Below, in pieces: positions 55,589-64,000 of a stretch of DNA of 64,000 nucleotides. How positions within the stretch are numbered: the stretch's first letter is position 1; each line of letters starts with the position of its first letter. A program made the translations under genes and the position numbers. Under the pieces are notes generated by a model that did not search any database, had not been told where the DNA came from, and saw only the letters and a list, made by a program, of their open reading frames with translations. The DNA comes from Candidatus Latescibacterota bacterium (GTDB taxonomy: Bacteria > Latescibacterota > UBA2968 > UBA8231): NCBI GenBank assembly GCA_965243025.1, contig CBDETY010000003.1, forward strand, positions 640,001 through 704,000. Direction: 5' to 3'.

Positions 55589-56878
55589 TTACTGAAGACC
55601 TTCCTGGCTCCTTCTGTCAGGCTCCCTGATGAACCAGACCGCCACTGCGCACAGCAGCGGCAGCAAGGCGAAGGCGAACAGGGCGCCGGTATAGCTTCCG
55701 TACAGATCCCAGGCCAGTCCGAACGGGATCGGTCCGACGGAAGCCCCGAGAACGCTGACCATCTGCGAGGCCCCCTGGATGCTGCCGAGATGCCGGCGCC
55801 CGAAGAACCGCGGCCAGATGTAGGCGAGCAGGTTGTGGCTGCCGGCGTTGGCGGCGCCGAACAAGATGCCGAAGAATACCGAGGACAGGGTGTCGGAGGC
55901 CGCGGCGAGCGCCGCAAGGGAGCAGGAAAGCAGCAGCAGGCCCCCGGCGAACACGGTCCGGGTCCGCAGGCGGTCGAGGAGGCGGCCGAAGACCGGCATG
56001 AAGGCGACCATGGTCATGGCGGACACGGCGAACACGCGGGAGGCGTCCCCGGGGCTCAACCCGCGCGACTCGAGGATGGAGACCTGGTGGAAGAAGATCG
56101 CCGTGATCGCCAGCGACAGGGTGGCCACGGCAACCGCGCAGATCCAGAAGGCGGAGGTCCGCATCGCCTCCCCCAGGGTCAGTCCGGCTTCGGCGGAATC
56201 CCCCGGTTCGTCTGCTCCCGCGGCGCTGCCGCCGCGGTCGCCGTCCGGGGCCAACCCGAGATCCTCCGGCCTGTTGCGCACCAGCAGGGCGGCGCACGGA
56301 ACCAGCAGCACCCAGGTCGAGACGCCGAGCCAGAGCCAGGCCTGGCGCCAGCCGGCCTCGTCGATCAGCCACTGCGAGAAGGTGGGATGCACCGCCATGC
56401 TCAGGGAAAACCCGAGGCTGACAAGGCCCATGGCGAGGCCGCGTTTCCGGCTGAACCACTGCGCCACCAGGTTGTAGGAGCAGATCATCAGCGATCCCTG
56501 GCCGAGGAAGCGCAGGGCCGCGAACCCGACCGCCAGCAGCCACAGGTCCGGGACCTGCCCGAAGGCCGCGGCCCCGGCGCCGAACAGCACCCCCACCCAG
56601 AGCATCACGGCGCGGACCCCGAAGCGGTCGACGAGGCGCCCAACCCAGGGCAGGCCGCAGGCGGCCGCCAGGGTGGCCGCGGCGTAGGCGGTGGAGACCG
56701 CGGTGCGCGAGATCCCGAGGTCCTCGCCGATCGGCGTGATGAAGACGCTGAATGCATGGGACTGGCCGGGGCCGCTGGCGAACAGGCAGAGAGCGCCGGC
56801 GGCGAGCATAAGCCAGCCGTAGAAGAAGCGGTCGTTGATGATCAGGGGGATCGGCCCGGGGGTTCGGCGGGGAGTCAT
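55589..56878 (-). CDS. MFS transporter
   Basis: FFYGW, GRLVDRFGVR, WFSRKRGLA, GRLLDRL; about 12 TM segments. Confidence 0.9.
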   Translation of the reverse strand: MTPRRTPGPIPLIINDRFFYGWLMLAAGALCLFASGPGQSHAFSVFITPIGEDLGISRTAVSTAYAAATLAAACGLPWVGRLVDRFGVRAVMLWVGVLFGAGAAAFGQVPDLWLLAVGFAALRFLGQGSLMICSYNLVAQWFSRKRGLAMGLVSLGFSLSMAVHPTFSQWLIDEAGWRQAWLWLGVSTWVLLVPCAALLVRNRPEDLGLAPDGDRGGSAAGADEPGDSAEAGLTLGEAMRTSAFWICAVAVATLSLAITAIFFHQVSILESRGLSPGDASRVFAVSAMTMVAFMPVFGRLLDRLRTRTVFAGGLLLLSCSLAALAAASDTLSSVFFGILFGAANAGSHNLLAYIWPRFFGRRHLGSIQGASQMVSVLGASVGPIPFGLAWDLYGSYTGALFAFALLPLLCAVAVWFIREPDRRSQEGLQ

Positions 56879-57963
56879 GGAACGCTGAATCTCCGCAGCG
56901 CCCCGGCATCGAGGTCAACCCCGAGCCCGGGGCGGTCCGGTACGCGGACGAATCCGTCCTCTACCTCGAACCGGGTCGGCGACAGGCCGGTGCGGAGACC
57001 GTTTTCCGTCACGTCGAGCTCGAGAAAGGGGGGTAGCTCCCCGCGGGGATCCTCCGGTACCGCGGCCAGCCAGTGGAGGGTGGCCGCCAGCCGCACCACC
57101 GACCCGAACATGTGCGGGATCACGTGGACCCGGTTCGCCGCGGCGAGCCCGCAGACCCTCATTCCCTCGGTGAACCCGCCGGCGCGGCCGATGTCGGGCT
57201 GGATGATGTCCATGGCTCCGCTCTCGACTACGTCGCGGAAAGAAGCGAGCCCGCTGCGTCCCTCCGCGCCAGCCACCGGCATCGGCAGGGCCTGCCGGAG
57301 CTCGCGGTACCCGTCGAGGTCTTCGGCCGGGACCGGCTCCTCGAACCACATGACATCACTGGTGGCAAGCCGGTTGCCTGCCTCGATAGCCGCCGGAAGG
57401 TCGTACCCCTGGGTGGCGTCGACGGCGAGCCTCACCTCGCTGCCGACGGCGCTCCGCACCGCCTCGACGATGCGTTCGTCCCGCTCGGGACCGAAACCGA
57501 TGCGGACTTTGACTGCGTCGAACCGGCCCCGGCAGCGGCGGGCTTCTTCGGCGACGTGGCGCAGGTGATCCTCCCCCTGCGGCTGGAAGAACCCGCTGGC
57601 GTACGCGGTCACCCTGTCCCGCAGGGTACCCCCGAGAAGTTCGCAGACCGGCTTGCCTTCCGCCTTCCCCGCGAGGTCCCAGAGGGCGATCTCGATTCCG
57701 CAGGCAGCGGGGATGTCTTCCCCGCAGGCCGTCAGGCTGTCCCAGATCTCCTCGCGGTCGAACGGGCTCTTCCCGACCAACAGGGAGTCTGCCGTTTCCC
57801 GCGCCAGGGTCCCATCCCCTTCCCCCCAGCCGGCAAGGCCGTCGTCGGTCCTGACCTCCACGATCGCCGCTGTCCGTTCGCGGATCCAGTCCGTGCGGCA
57901 GGCCCGGAAAAGACGCGGGACCGGGCAGGCGAGGCGGTGGGTGATTACCTCGGTGATCCGCAT
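56875..57963 (-). CDS. Mandelate racemase/muconate lactonizing enzyme family protein
   Basis: GWGE, EIALWDLAGK, KVRIG, VDA, WFEEP, IIQPD, RPGLG. Confidence 0.88.
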   Translation of the reverse strand: MRITEVITHRLACPVPRLFRACRTDWIRERTAAIVEVRTDDGLAGWGEGDGTLARETADSLLVGKSPFDREEIWDSLTACGEDIPAACGIEIALWDLAGKAEGKPVCELLGGTLRDRVTAYASGFFQPQGEDHLRHVAEEARRCRGRFDAVKVRIGFGPERDERIVEAVRSAVGSEVRLAVDATQGYDLPAAIEAGNRLATSDVMWFEEPVPAEDLDGYRELRQALPMPVAGAEGRSGLASFRDVVESGAMDIIQPDIGRAGGFTEGMRVCGLAAANRVHVIPHMFGSVVRLAATLHWLAAVPEDPRGELPPFLELDVTENGLRTGLSPTRFEVEDGFVRVPDRPGLGVDLDAGALRRFSVP

Positions 57964-59613
57964 TCAGGCATACCGGACGTGCAGCTCGAGCTTCTCGATC
58001 CGCGCCCCCGCGGTCGTCCGGTCGGTTCGGCAGATGCCGACGAGGTTTTCCCCCAGGGCGAGGAACCGCGGCGGGACGGCAAAGATCAGCCAGTGTTCGA
58101 AGCGGGCGTTCAGCCGGGTCGCGGTTCCCGTTTCCCGGACCGGGGCGCCCAGTAGCAGATTGTTGATTCTCACCTCAACCTGGAGCCCGCCGGCCGCCTC
58201 CTCCGGATCGGCGGTGAGGGCGAGGTTCAGGGTCAGGCTGTCGAGGCGGTCCGCCGCGGCCGCGAGGTCGTCGGCAACGTCGAGGGTGAGAAGCGTGTCC
58301 GGGGAGCCGCCGCCCCCCAGCGCCGCGGGCAGCTGCGCCCGCATGTTGGTCTGGAAGTAGCAGTGCCGGGGGGTGCGCCAATCGTCGGGGGCGGGTACGA
58401 AGTCGCTGCCGTGGCCGCCCCCCCGGCGCTCGACCAGGAACACCTTGTCGCGGCCCTCGAGGGTTTCGGGGCTGCCGATTTCCGCGAAGACCCGGCACTG
58501 GGTCTCCCAGTCCGACAGCGGCGCTCCTCCGTCGAGGCCGCCGCGGCGGTGCTCCGGCGCCGCTTCGATTCCGAGGCCGCGCTCCGATTCCGGCGAGGGG
58601 AACATCAGGTTGAAGGTGTGCATGCCGTCCGGGTTCTGCCGCCACCAGTTGGCGCAGACCCCGCGCCAGACCTCGACCTTCGGGTGGCGGTACCCGTCCG
58701 AGGAGTGGTGATCGTCCCAGCTCGGGTACACCTTGACCGGGGTCCCGCTCGTCAGGGCGCGGAAGCCGGCGACGTCGGCGGCCGCCGTACGCGTGCCGAT
58801 CGCGAGGATGTCGACCACTCCCTCGGCGACCCAGGTCTCGACGTCGATGCCGTCGAAACGGCACCCCGGGATGTCTTCGGGGATCCTGGCGGCCAGCAGG
58901 TACGGCCGCCCGCGGCGGCGCGCGATCCCGTGCAGGGCGGAGCGGACCTCGCGCATGAAGCCGGTAAGCAGGTCGCGGTGTTTCCACTGCTCCCCCTCGG
59001 GAAACAGCACAGGGACCCTCGCGAAGTCGACGGAGATGCCGTCGTAGTCGTACATCTCTGCGACTTCGCGCAGGACCTCGAGCTTGAGGCCGCGGACCTC
59101 CTCGCGGCGGAAATCCCAGTACACGTGCCACTTGTGGATGAGCCAGTCCGGGTGCCGGGCCTTCAGCGGGACGGGGCCTTCGAGGGGGTGCGGGGGATCG
59201 AAGAGGTCGTCGTTGTCCGAGCCGTTGATACGGTAGGAGAAGAAGACCTCCCGCCCGCGTTGCCGGGTCTCGTCGAGGAGCACCCTGACCGGGTCGATTC
59301 CCGCCTCCCACCAGCGGGGGAAGACGTTCTCCGTGCGCGGCAGCACCTCGCTCGGCCAGACCGCGGTGTTCCCCTCGCCCCACTCGTGCCAGACGCTGTC
59401 GATCTGGTTCGGCGCCGCCTCGAGACGGCTCATGTAGAAGGCGATCAGCCTGTCCAGGCGGGAGGGGCCGACCTCGCCGCGGCGGAAGGCGTCGTTGGCG
59501 AGGATGTCGTCCTGGAAGATGATGCGGCGCTGCCGGGCGGCGGCGAGCGCATGCGGGTCGTCGGGGGTCACGGCACGCGGCTCAGCCTGCGGCGTCCGGT
59601 TCCCAGATCGCAA
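57964..59613 (-). CDS. GHL10/DUF187-like putative glycoside hydrolase (start uncertain)
   Basis: RRIIFQDD, FFSYRING, WDFRREEVR, YDYDGISVDFAR; distant paralog of 36188-37873. Confidence 0.65.
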   Translation of the reverse strand: MRSGNRTPQAEPRAVTPDDPHALAAARQRRIIFQDDILANDAFRRGEVGPSRLDRLIAFYMSRLEAAPNQIDSVWHEWGEGNTAVWPSEVLPRTENVFPRWWEAGIDPVRVLLDETRQRGREVFFSYRINGSDNDDLFDPPHPLEGPVPLKARHPDWLIHKWHVYWDFRREEVRGLKLEVLREVAEMYDYDGISVDFARVPVLFPEGEQWKHRDLLTGFMREVRSALHGIARRRGRPYLLAARIPEDIPGCRFDGIDVETWVAEGVVDILAIGTRTAAADVAGFRALTSGTPVKVYPSWDDHHSSDGYRHPKVEVWRGVCANWWRQNPDGMHTFNLMFPSPESERGLGIEAAPEHRRGGLDGGAPLSDWETQCRVFAEIGSPETLEGRDKVFLVERRGGGHGSDFVPAPDDWRTPRHCYFQTNMRAQLPAALGGGGSPDTLLTLDVADDLAAAADRLDSLTLNLALTADPEEAAGGLQVEVRINNLLLGAPVRETGTATRLNARFEHWLIFAVPPRFLALGENLVGICRTDRTTAGARIEKLELHVRYA

Positions 59614-61060
59614 CCGGGTTCGCCGGGTCCGGATCGACCGGCCAGAGCCCGCGGCCGCTCCCGGTGAACGGGATGGAGGCGAAGTCCAGGGTGCAGACCC
59701 CGGGGCCGTCGAACAGCATTCCCCGCTCCCAGCCGGCGCCGAAGGCCGCCATCCACCCGGTCATGCTCTTGGCCATGACCGCGAGGGCGGCGTCCGGCTG
59801 CAGTCCGGCGCACTCGTAGAAGGCCGGATCCGGAGTCATCGCCGGCAACGAGCAGGCGACGAGCTGGATCTGCCCGGACTCGACGACCGCGGCTTCCCCC
59901 ATCGAGAAGGCCTGGCCGGTGTAGGCTCCGCCGCGCGCCTTGTAGTTCCCCTCACCGGTCCAGGTGACCCGCCCGTCCCAGGAGACCGGCGGGTCGCCGG
60001 TGGTGAAGCGGGTCGCGCCGCGGCGGGCGGCGGCCGCGGTGTCGGGGTCGACCACCCAGAGCAGGACCTTGCCGGGCAGCTCTTCGCGGAGCGGCAGCAG
60101 CCGGCGCAGGGCCTCGGCGCTGTGGCCGGGGGAGCCCCCGGCGGTCGCGTCCGCGGTGTCGACCAGCACCCAGGGCTCCGGCTCCTTGCGCCGGAGCTTC
60201 CGCAGGATCTCAGGCCAGGGGGTGAGCCGGTTTCTCCAGTTTTGCCGCTGGGCGTACCACTCGCCGGCGAGTTTCTGCAGCTCATCGAGGGGAACGCCGC
60301 CACCGGCAGCGGTGACGACCACGGAAGAGCCCATTTCGTCGATGTCCATCCAGGGCTGCACCGGCAGGATACAGACGTCGAGGACGTCTCCGTGCCGCCG
60401 TTCCAGCTCGCGGGCGCGGGTCAGCAGGCCGCACAGGTTCCCCTCGAAATGGGTGCTGTCCGCCGGCGACATGAGGGCGGACACCTTGGCCGCGGCCCGG
60501 GTGAAAGGGCCCGGGTGCAGGGCCAGGCGCGCGGCGCGCTCGCCGGTGGCGGTGAAGTCCATGTGGGGGAAGGTGCGGTACGCGGTGACCGCGTCGGCGT
60601 GCTGCAGCATGCGGCGCGTGAAGTTGGCGTGCAGGTCGAGCGAGAGCACCACCCGGCCGCGGTACCCGAGATCGGTGCGCACCTTCTCGAGGATGTACCC
60701 CTCGGGATCGTCCTCGCCGTCGGCGGCGGCGGCCCCGTGCAGGTGGAGGATGAGGACGTCGAACGGCATCGCCGCGGCGACCCGGTCGAGCAGGGTGCCC
60801 CCGATCTCGCGGAAGCAGGCGGCGCTGAGGCGTCCGGCGGGAGAGCCGCAGAGGGCGGTGAAACAGGGTGCGGTCTCCCAGCCGGCCGCGGCCAGCACCT
60901 CGAGGCTGCCGTGCATCTGCGAGTCGGTCCCGGCGGCCCAGGCGCGCACCCGGGCTTCCTCTTCGAGGAAGACTCCCCCTTTCCTGAAGAGGTCGATCTC
61001 CGCCAGGCCGGGGGCGAAGGTGTTGCTTTCGAAGATGAACTGGGCGAGGGCGGCTTTCAT
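59582..61060 (-). CDS. M81 family metallopeptidase (MlrC-like)
   Basis: ESNTF, LHLHGA, DDPEG, SLDLHAN, YRTFPHMD. Confidence 0.88.
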   Translation of the reverse strand: MKAALAQFIFESNTFAPGLAEIDLFRKGGVFLEEEARVRAWAAGTDSQMHGSLEVLAAAGWETAPCFTALCGSPAGRLSAACFREIGGTLLDRVAAAMPFDVLILHLHGAAAADGEDDPEGYILEKVRTDLGYRGRVVLSLDLHANFTRRMLQHADAVTAYRTFPHMDFTATGERAARLALHPGPFTRAAAKVSALMSPADSTHFEGNLCGLLTRARELERRHGDVLDVCILPVQPWMDIDEMGSSVVVTAAGGGVPLDELQKLAGEWYAQRQNWRNRLTPWPEILRKLRRKEPEPWVLVDTADATAGGSPGHSAEALRRLLPLREELPGKVLLWVVDPDTAAAARRGATRFTTGDPPVSWDGRVTWTGEGNYKARGGAYTGQAFSMGEAAVVESGQIQLVACSLPAMTPDPAFYECAGLQPDAALAVMAKSMTGWMAAFGAGWERGMLFDGPGVCTLDFASIPFTGSGRGLWPVDPDPANPVAIWEPDAAG

Positions 61061-61300
61061 GGGGCAATTCGGGGAAACGGGTTGCAGCTGCCGCACCTGG
61101 TTTTTTCTCGCGCTCGCAGATGCGCCGGGGTGCGGGCAGATGGTTTCGGGCGGCTCCGGCGGGGGCCGGGATGGCAGCGGCCGGTGTCTCAGGCAGCTCG
61201 GGCCGGTGCTCTGCGGCGCTCCTTCCGTCCCGTGCGGCAAAACATATCCAATACAGTGAAAGCGGGGCCACCGGAGAGTTGCACCCGGGTGCTCGCCCGC

Positions 61301-61521
61301 AACGCATGCCCGCGGATACCCGGACAGGCGGAGTCGCGGCGGGTCGGCACCCTTCAAGGCGTACGGGGCGCTCGGGCGGCAAGCATTCCCGCAAGATACG
61401 GGGCCGGGCGGAGTCGCGGCGGGTCGCGGTATCCTTCAAGCAGAACCGGGGGCGCTCCCCGGCAGGCATGGCTGCAGATACGGGGCCGGGGAGTCGCTTC
61501 CGGTCGCGGCATCCTGCAAGC
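61301..61521. repeat. Three degenerate ~80-bp tandem repeats
   Basis: GGAGTCGC at 61330, 61410 and 61490, each with GATAC upstream and CCT(T/G)CAAG downstream. Confidence 0.7.
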
Positions 61522-61860
61522 CGAGGTGAGCTCGGCACTTGCCCCGGGATTGCGCCGGGGAATTGAAGTGTCGGATCGGTTCCCGGGAATGCGGGCGGCG
61601 GAGACTGGATTCATGCCGGTCCCGTGCGCGCAATCAGCAGCCCGATTCATTCCGGCACGGACCCGGCGACCAGTCCTGTCCCTGACCGTTGCCCTGGGCG
61701 GTGGTGCGGGAATGCCTGCCCGAGGGGGACTGGATCGATGCTTGATCCGGTCCCGCGCGAGCGGTCTGCCTGAATCGGGGCCCCGTGGATTGCCCGGCCT
61801 TTACTGCAAGGCGACCTTTCCCCGGCGGTCAGGGGGTGACGAAACCGCTCTGTCAGCCTT

Positions 61861-62030
61861 GAGTTCCAACCGACGCCGGCGACCCGGAGTTTTCACCGGC
61901 CTGGCGAACCCGGAGTTCCAACGGCCCCCCGCGCCCCGGAGTTTTCACCGGCCTGGCGGCCCGCGGTTCCAACGGCTCACGGCCGCCCGGAGTTTTCACC
62001 GGCCTGGCGGAACCGGGGTTCCACCGGCCC
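61861..62030. repeat. About 3.5 copies of a 51-52-bp tandem repeat with an invariant 24-bp core
   Basis: CCCGGAGTTTTCACCGGCCTGGCG at 61883, 61935 and 61986; GTTCCA at 61863, 61915, 61966 and 62018. Confidence 0.85.
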
Positions 62031-62089
62031 CAGGGGCCTCGAACCGCAACATCCTCTAAGACCACTTCCGACCACGAAAGGAAAGAACC

Positions 62090-63181
62090 GTGCTGATCTT
62101 CGACGGCGACTACCCGATGGCGCACGGCGCCCTCAATCTCAACAGGGACCTGACCCTTCCGCTCGACGAGCTGCGGGAAGCCGACGCCAACCCCTCCAAC
62201 ATTCCGTTCGCCTGCCTGCCGGAGATGCGCAGAGGGGGGGTGTACTGCGCGCTGATGAAGATCGCGGCGCGGCGCATGCGCAAGGACAGCATCCTGCCGG
62301 GGTACCGGGGCAAGGAGGCGGCGTACGCCGCGGGCAAGGGGGAGCTCGCCCTGTACCGCGGCCTGGAGAGCACCGGGGAAGCGGTCGTCGTCACCACCGC
62401 GGCACAGCTGCGCGCCCTCGCCGGACAGTGGGAGCAGGGGGAAGGGGACTCGCGGCTTCCGGTCGGCTGCCTGCTCGGAATTGAAGGGGCCGACCCGATC
62501 CTGACGCCGGGGCAGGTGGGGGAGTGGTGGGAAGACGGGGTGCGCGTGGTCAGCCTGACCCATTACGGGCGCAGCCGTTACGCCCACGGCACCGGCACCG
62601 GGACCGAGGGAGGGCTGCTGCCCCCCGGACCGGAGCTGCTGCGGGAGATGGAGTCCTGCGGCATGCTGCTCGACGCCACCCACATCGCCGACCGCAGCTT
62701 CTGGGAAGCCCTCGACCATTACTCCGGCCCGGTCCTGGCGAGCCATCAGAACTGCCGCGCCCTGGCCCCGGGAGAGCGCCAGTTCAGCGACGCGCAGGTC
62801 CGGGCGGTGATCGAGCGGGACGGCGTCGTCGGGGCCTCGATGGACACTTGGATGCTGCGGGAGAAGCAGGAGATCGACTGGTCCTGCACCGAGAAGTTCC
62901 CGCGGCGGCAGCACTACGCGCGGGAGGAGGTCACCCTGGAGCATATCGCCAACCACGTCGACCACGTCTGCCAGCTGGCCGGCAACTCCCGGCACGCCGG
63001 GATCGGCGGCGATACCGACGGCCAGGGCGGGATCGACGGGGCGCCGTTGGAGATCGACAGCGTCGCCGACTACCAGAAGCTCGCCCCGATCCTCGAGCGC
63101 CGCGGCTACGGCAGCGAGGACGTCGCCAACGTCATGTACGGGAACTGGCACCGGTTCTACACCTCGTACCTGCCGCAGTAA
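62090..63181 (+). CDS. Membrane dipeptidase (M19) family protein
   Basis: IEGAD, SLTHY, DATH, ASHQN, HVDHVCQL, GIGGDTDG, GNW.RF. Confidence 0.85.
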   Translation: MLIFDGDYPMAHGALNLNRDLTLPLDELREADANPSNIPFACLPEMRRGGVYCALMKIAARRMRKDSILPGYRGKEAAYAAGKGELALYRGLESTGEAVVVTTAAQLRALAGQWEQGEGDSRLPVGCLLGIEGADPILTPGQVGEWWEDGVRVVSLTHYGRSRYAHGTGTGTEGGLLPPGPELLREMESCGMLLDATHIADRSFWEALDHYSGPVLASHQNCRALAPGERQFSDAQVRAVIERDGVVGASMDTWMLREKQEIDWSCTEKFPRRQHYAREEVTLEHIANHVDHVCQLAGNSRHAGIGGDTDGQGGIDGAPLEIDSVADYQKLAPILERRGYGSEDVANVMYGNWHRFYTSYLPQ

Positions 63182-63296
63182 GGCGGCCCGGTGGAAACGG
63201 CGTTCCACACCGGCAGCTGCAGCCGGTTTTCCGCCGGGCAGGCCCTGGAGCTGGCGGCCCGCTGCTGCGGGAAGCGGAGCCGGCCCTGGCGGCGGA

Positions 63297-64000
63297 TCAG
63301 GAGACGTCGGCCTTCGCCAGGTAGATGCTCGTCTTCTCTTCGTGGCTCGAGTAGTAGCTGATCCAGAGCAGGCCGTCGTGCCAGACCATCCCGGGATAGG
63401 AGCAGTCGCCGCCGCTGGGCAGGCGAGCAACGGTCTCGTACCGGGTCGCCGTCATGCGGGCGAGAACGGTGCCGCGCTCGCCCTCGTGGGTGCCGCGCGA
63501 GCCTGCCCACAAGGTTCCGTCCGGAACGCGGATGAAGTTGGGGCCGCCGAGGCCGGCCTCGATGCGGGTGAACGACCAGTCGGTGTAGGGCGGCCAGCTG
63601 CGGCCGATCCAGTCGGGGCGGATCAGGGCGATCATCACCTCGTCCGGCATGACGCGCAGCGTGGTTTCGCTGGCGGTCCAGATGTCGTCGGGAAGCCGGA
63701 ACTCGGTGACCCACTGCCAGTCGAGGGCGTCGGCGGTCCTGTAGAGCATGCCGCGGCGCGGGTTGCTCCCCTCGCCCAGCTTGGAGACGGAGTACCCGGT
63801 CCCGTTGTGCCAGGTCACCCGCCACAGCCAGTGGTCTTCGGCGAGGCAGCGGACCGGCGCGGTCCAGGAGGTTCCGTCGTCGGAGAACGCTACCCGCGGG
63901 GAGCGGGTGAGGTACCTGCCGGCATCGTCGATGATCGAGCCGCCCGCCAGCAGCAGCATGCGGCCGTCCGGCATGACGGAGAGCTTGGGGTCGCGGAGGT
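63297..64000 (-). CDS. Exo-alpha-sialidase-like beta-propeller protein, 5' end beyond window
   Basis: LRDPKL, SDDGTSW, WLWRVTWH, LPSGGDCSYPG, ISYYSSHE..TSIYLA. Confidence 0.75.
   Translation of the reverse strand, partial: LRDPKLSVMPDGRMLLLAGGSIIDDAGRYLTRSPRVAFSDDGTSWTAPVRCLAEDHWLWRVTWHNGTGYSVSKLGEGSNPRRGMLYRTADALDWQWVTEFRLPDDIWTASETTLRVMPDEVMIALIRPDWIGRSWPPYTDWSFTRIEAGLGGPNFIRVPDGTLWAGSRGTHEGERGTVLARMTATRYETVARLPSGGDCSYPGMVWHDGLLWISYYSSHEEKTSIYLAKADVS

Noticed and set aside
61883-62009. CRISPR array
   Set aside because: Only three repeats, the spacers resemble each other (shared GTTCCA), and no cas genes are in the window
24-63825. Numerous long overlapping or antisense ORFs in the track (e.g. 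1826-4492, 17338-19566, 59495-62059)
   Set aside because: Typical high-GC shadow frames of real genes, with no recognisable motifs

Overview
High-GC bacterial window. Its gene content (many PhyH dioxygenases, secreted WD40 proteins with a FlgD-type Ig tail, secreted proteins ending in ...WGRIK..) suggests a Latescibacterota/Gemmatimonadota/Poribacteria-like organism such as a sponge symbiont; this is inference. Left to right: the end of a split glutamate-synthase-like (N-methylglutamate-synthase-like) operon; a ~5.1 kb tandem duplication giving two metzincin-WD40-Ig proteins plus an orphan gene tail; a pair of secreted paralogs, one broken; carbohydrate genes and pyrD; hicAB; then a precisely bounded 6,004-bp IS1595-family cargo transposon (24-bp TIRs, 8-bp TSD AAAAAATA). 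The transposon carries about ten small or unknown genes and, just downstream of its transposase, a 142-nt rod-like sequence whose G-U pairing pattern points to a structured RNA; this is the best candidate for an undescribed system here. The remainder is catabolic: seven PhyH-family genes (one with a halogenase-type HxG motif), an ECF sigma factor, rtcB, HAD and enolase-superfamily genes, an MNT-HEPN toxin-antitoxin pair behind a mosaic of gene fragments, MFS, M81 and M19 peptidases, and two tandem-repeat tracts. Four single-base frameshifts in short base runs look like sequencing indels. All family calls come from motif recognition by eye; no database search was run.
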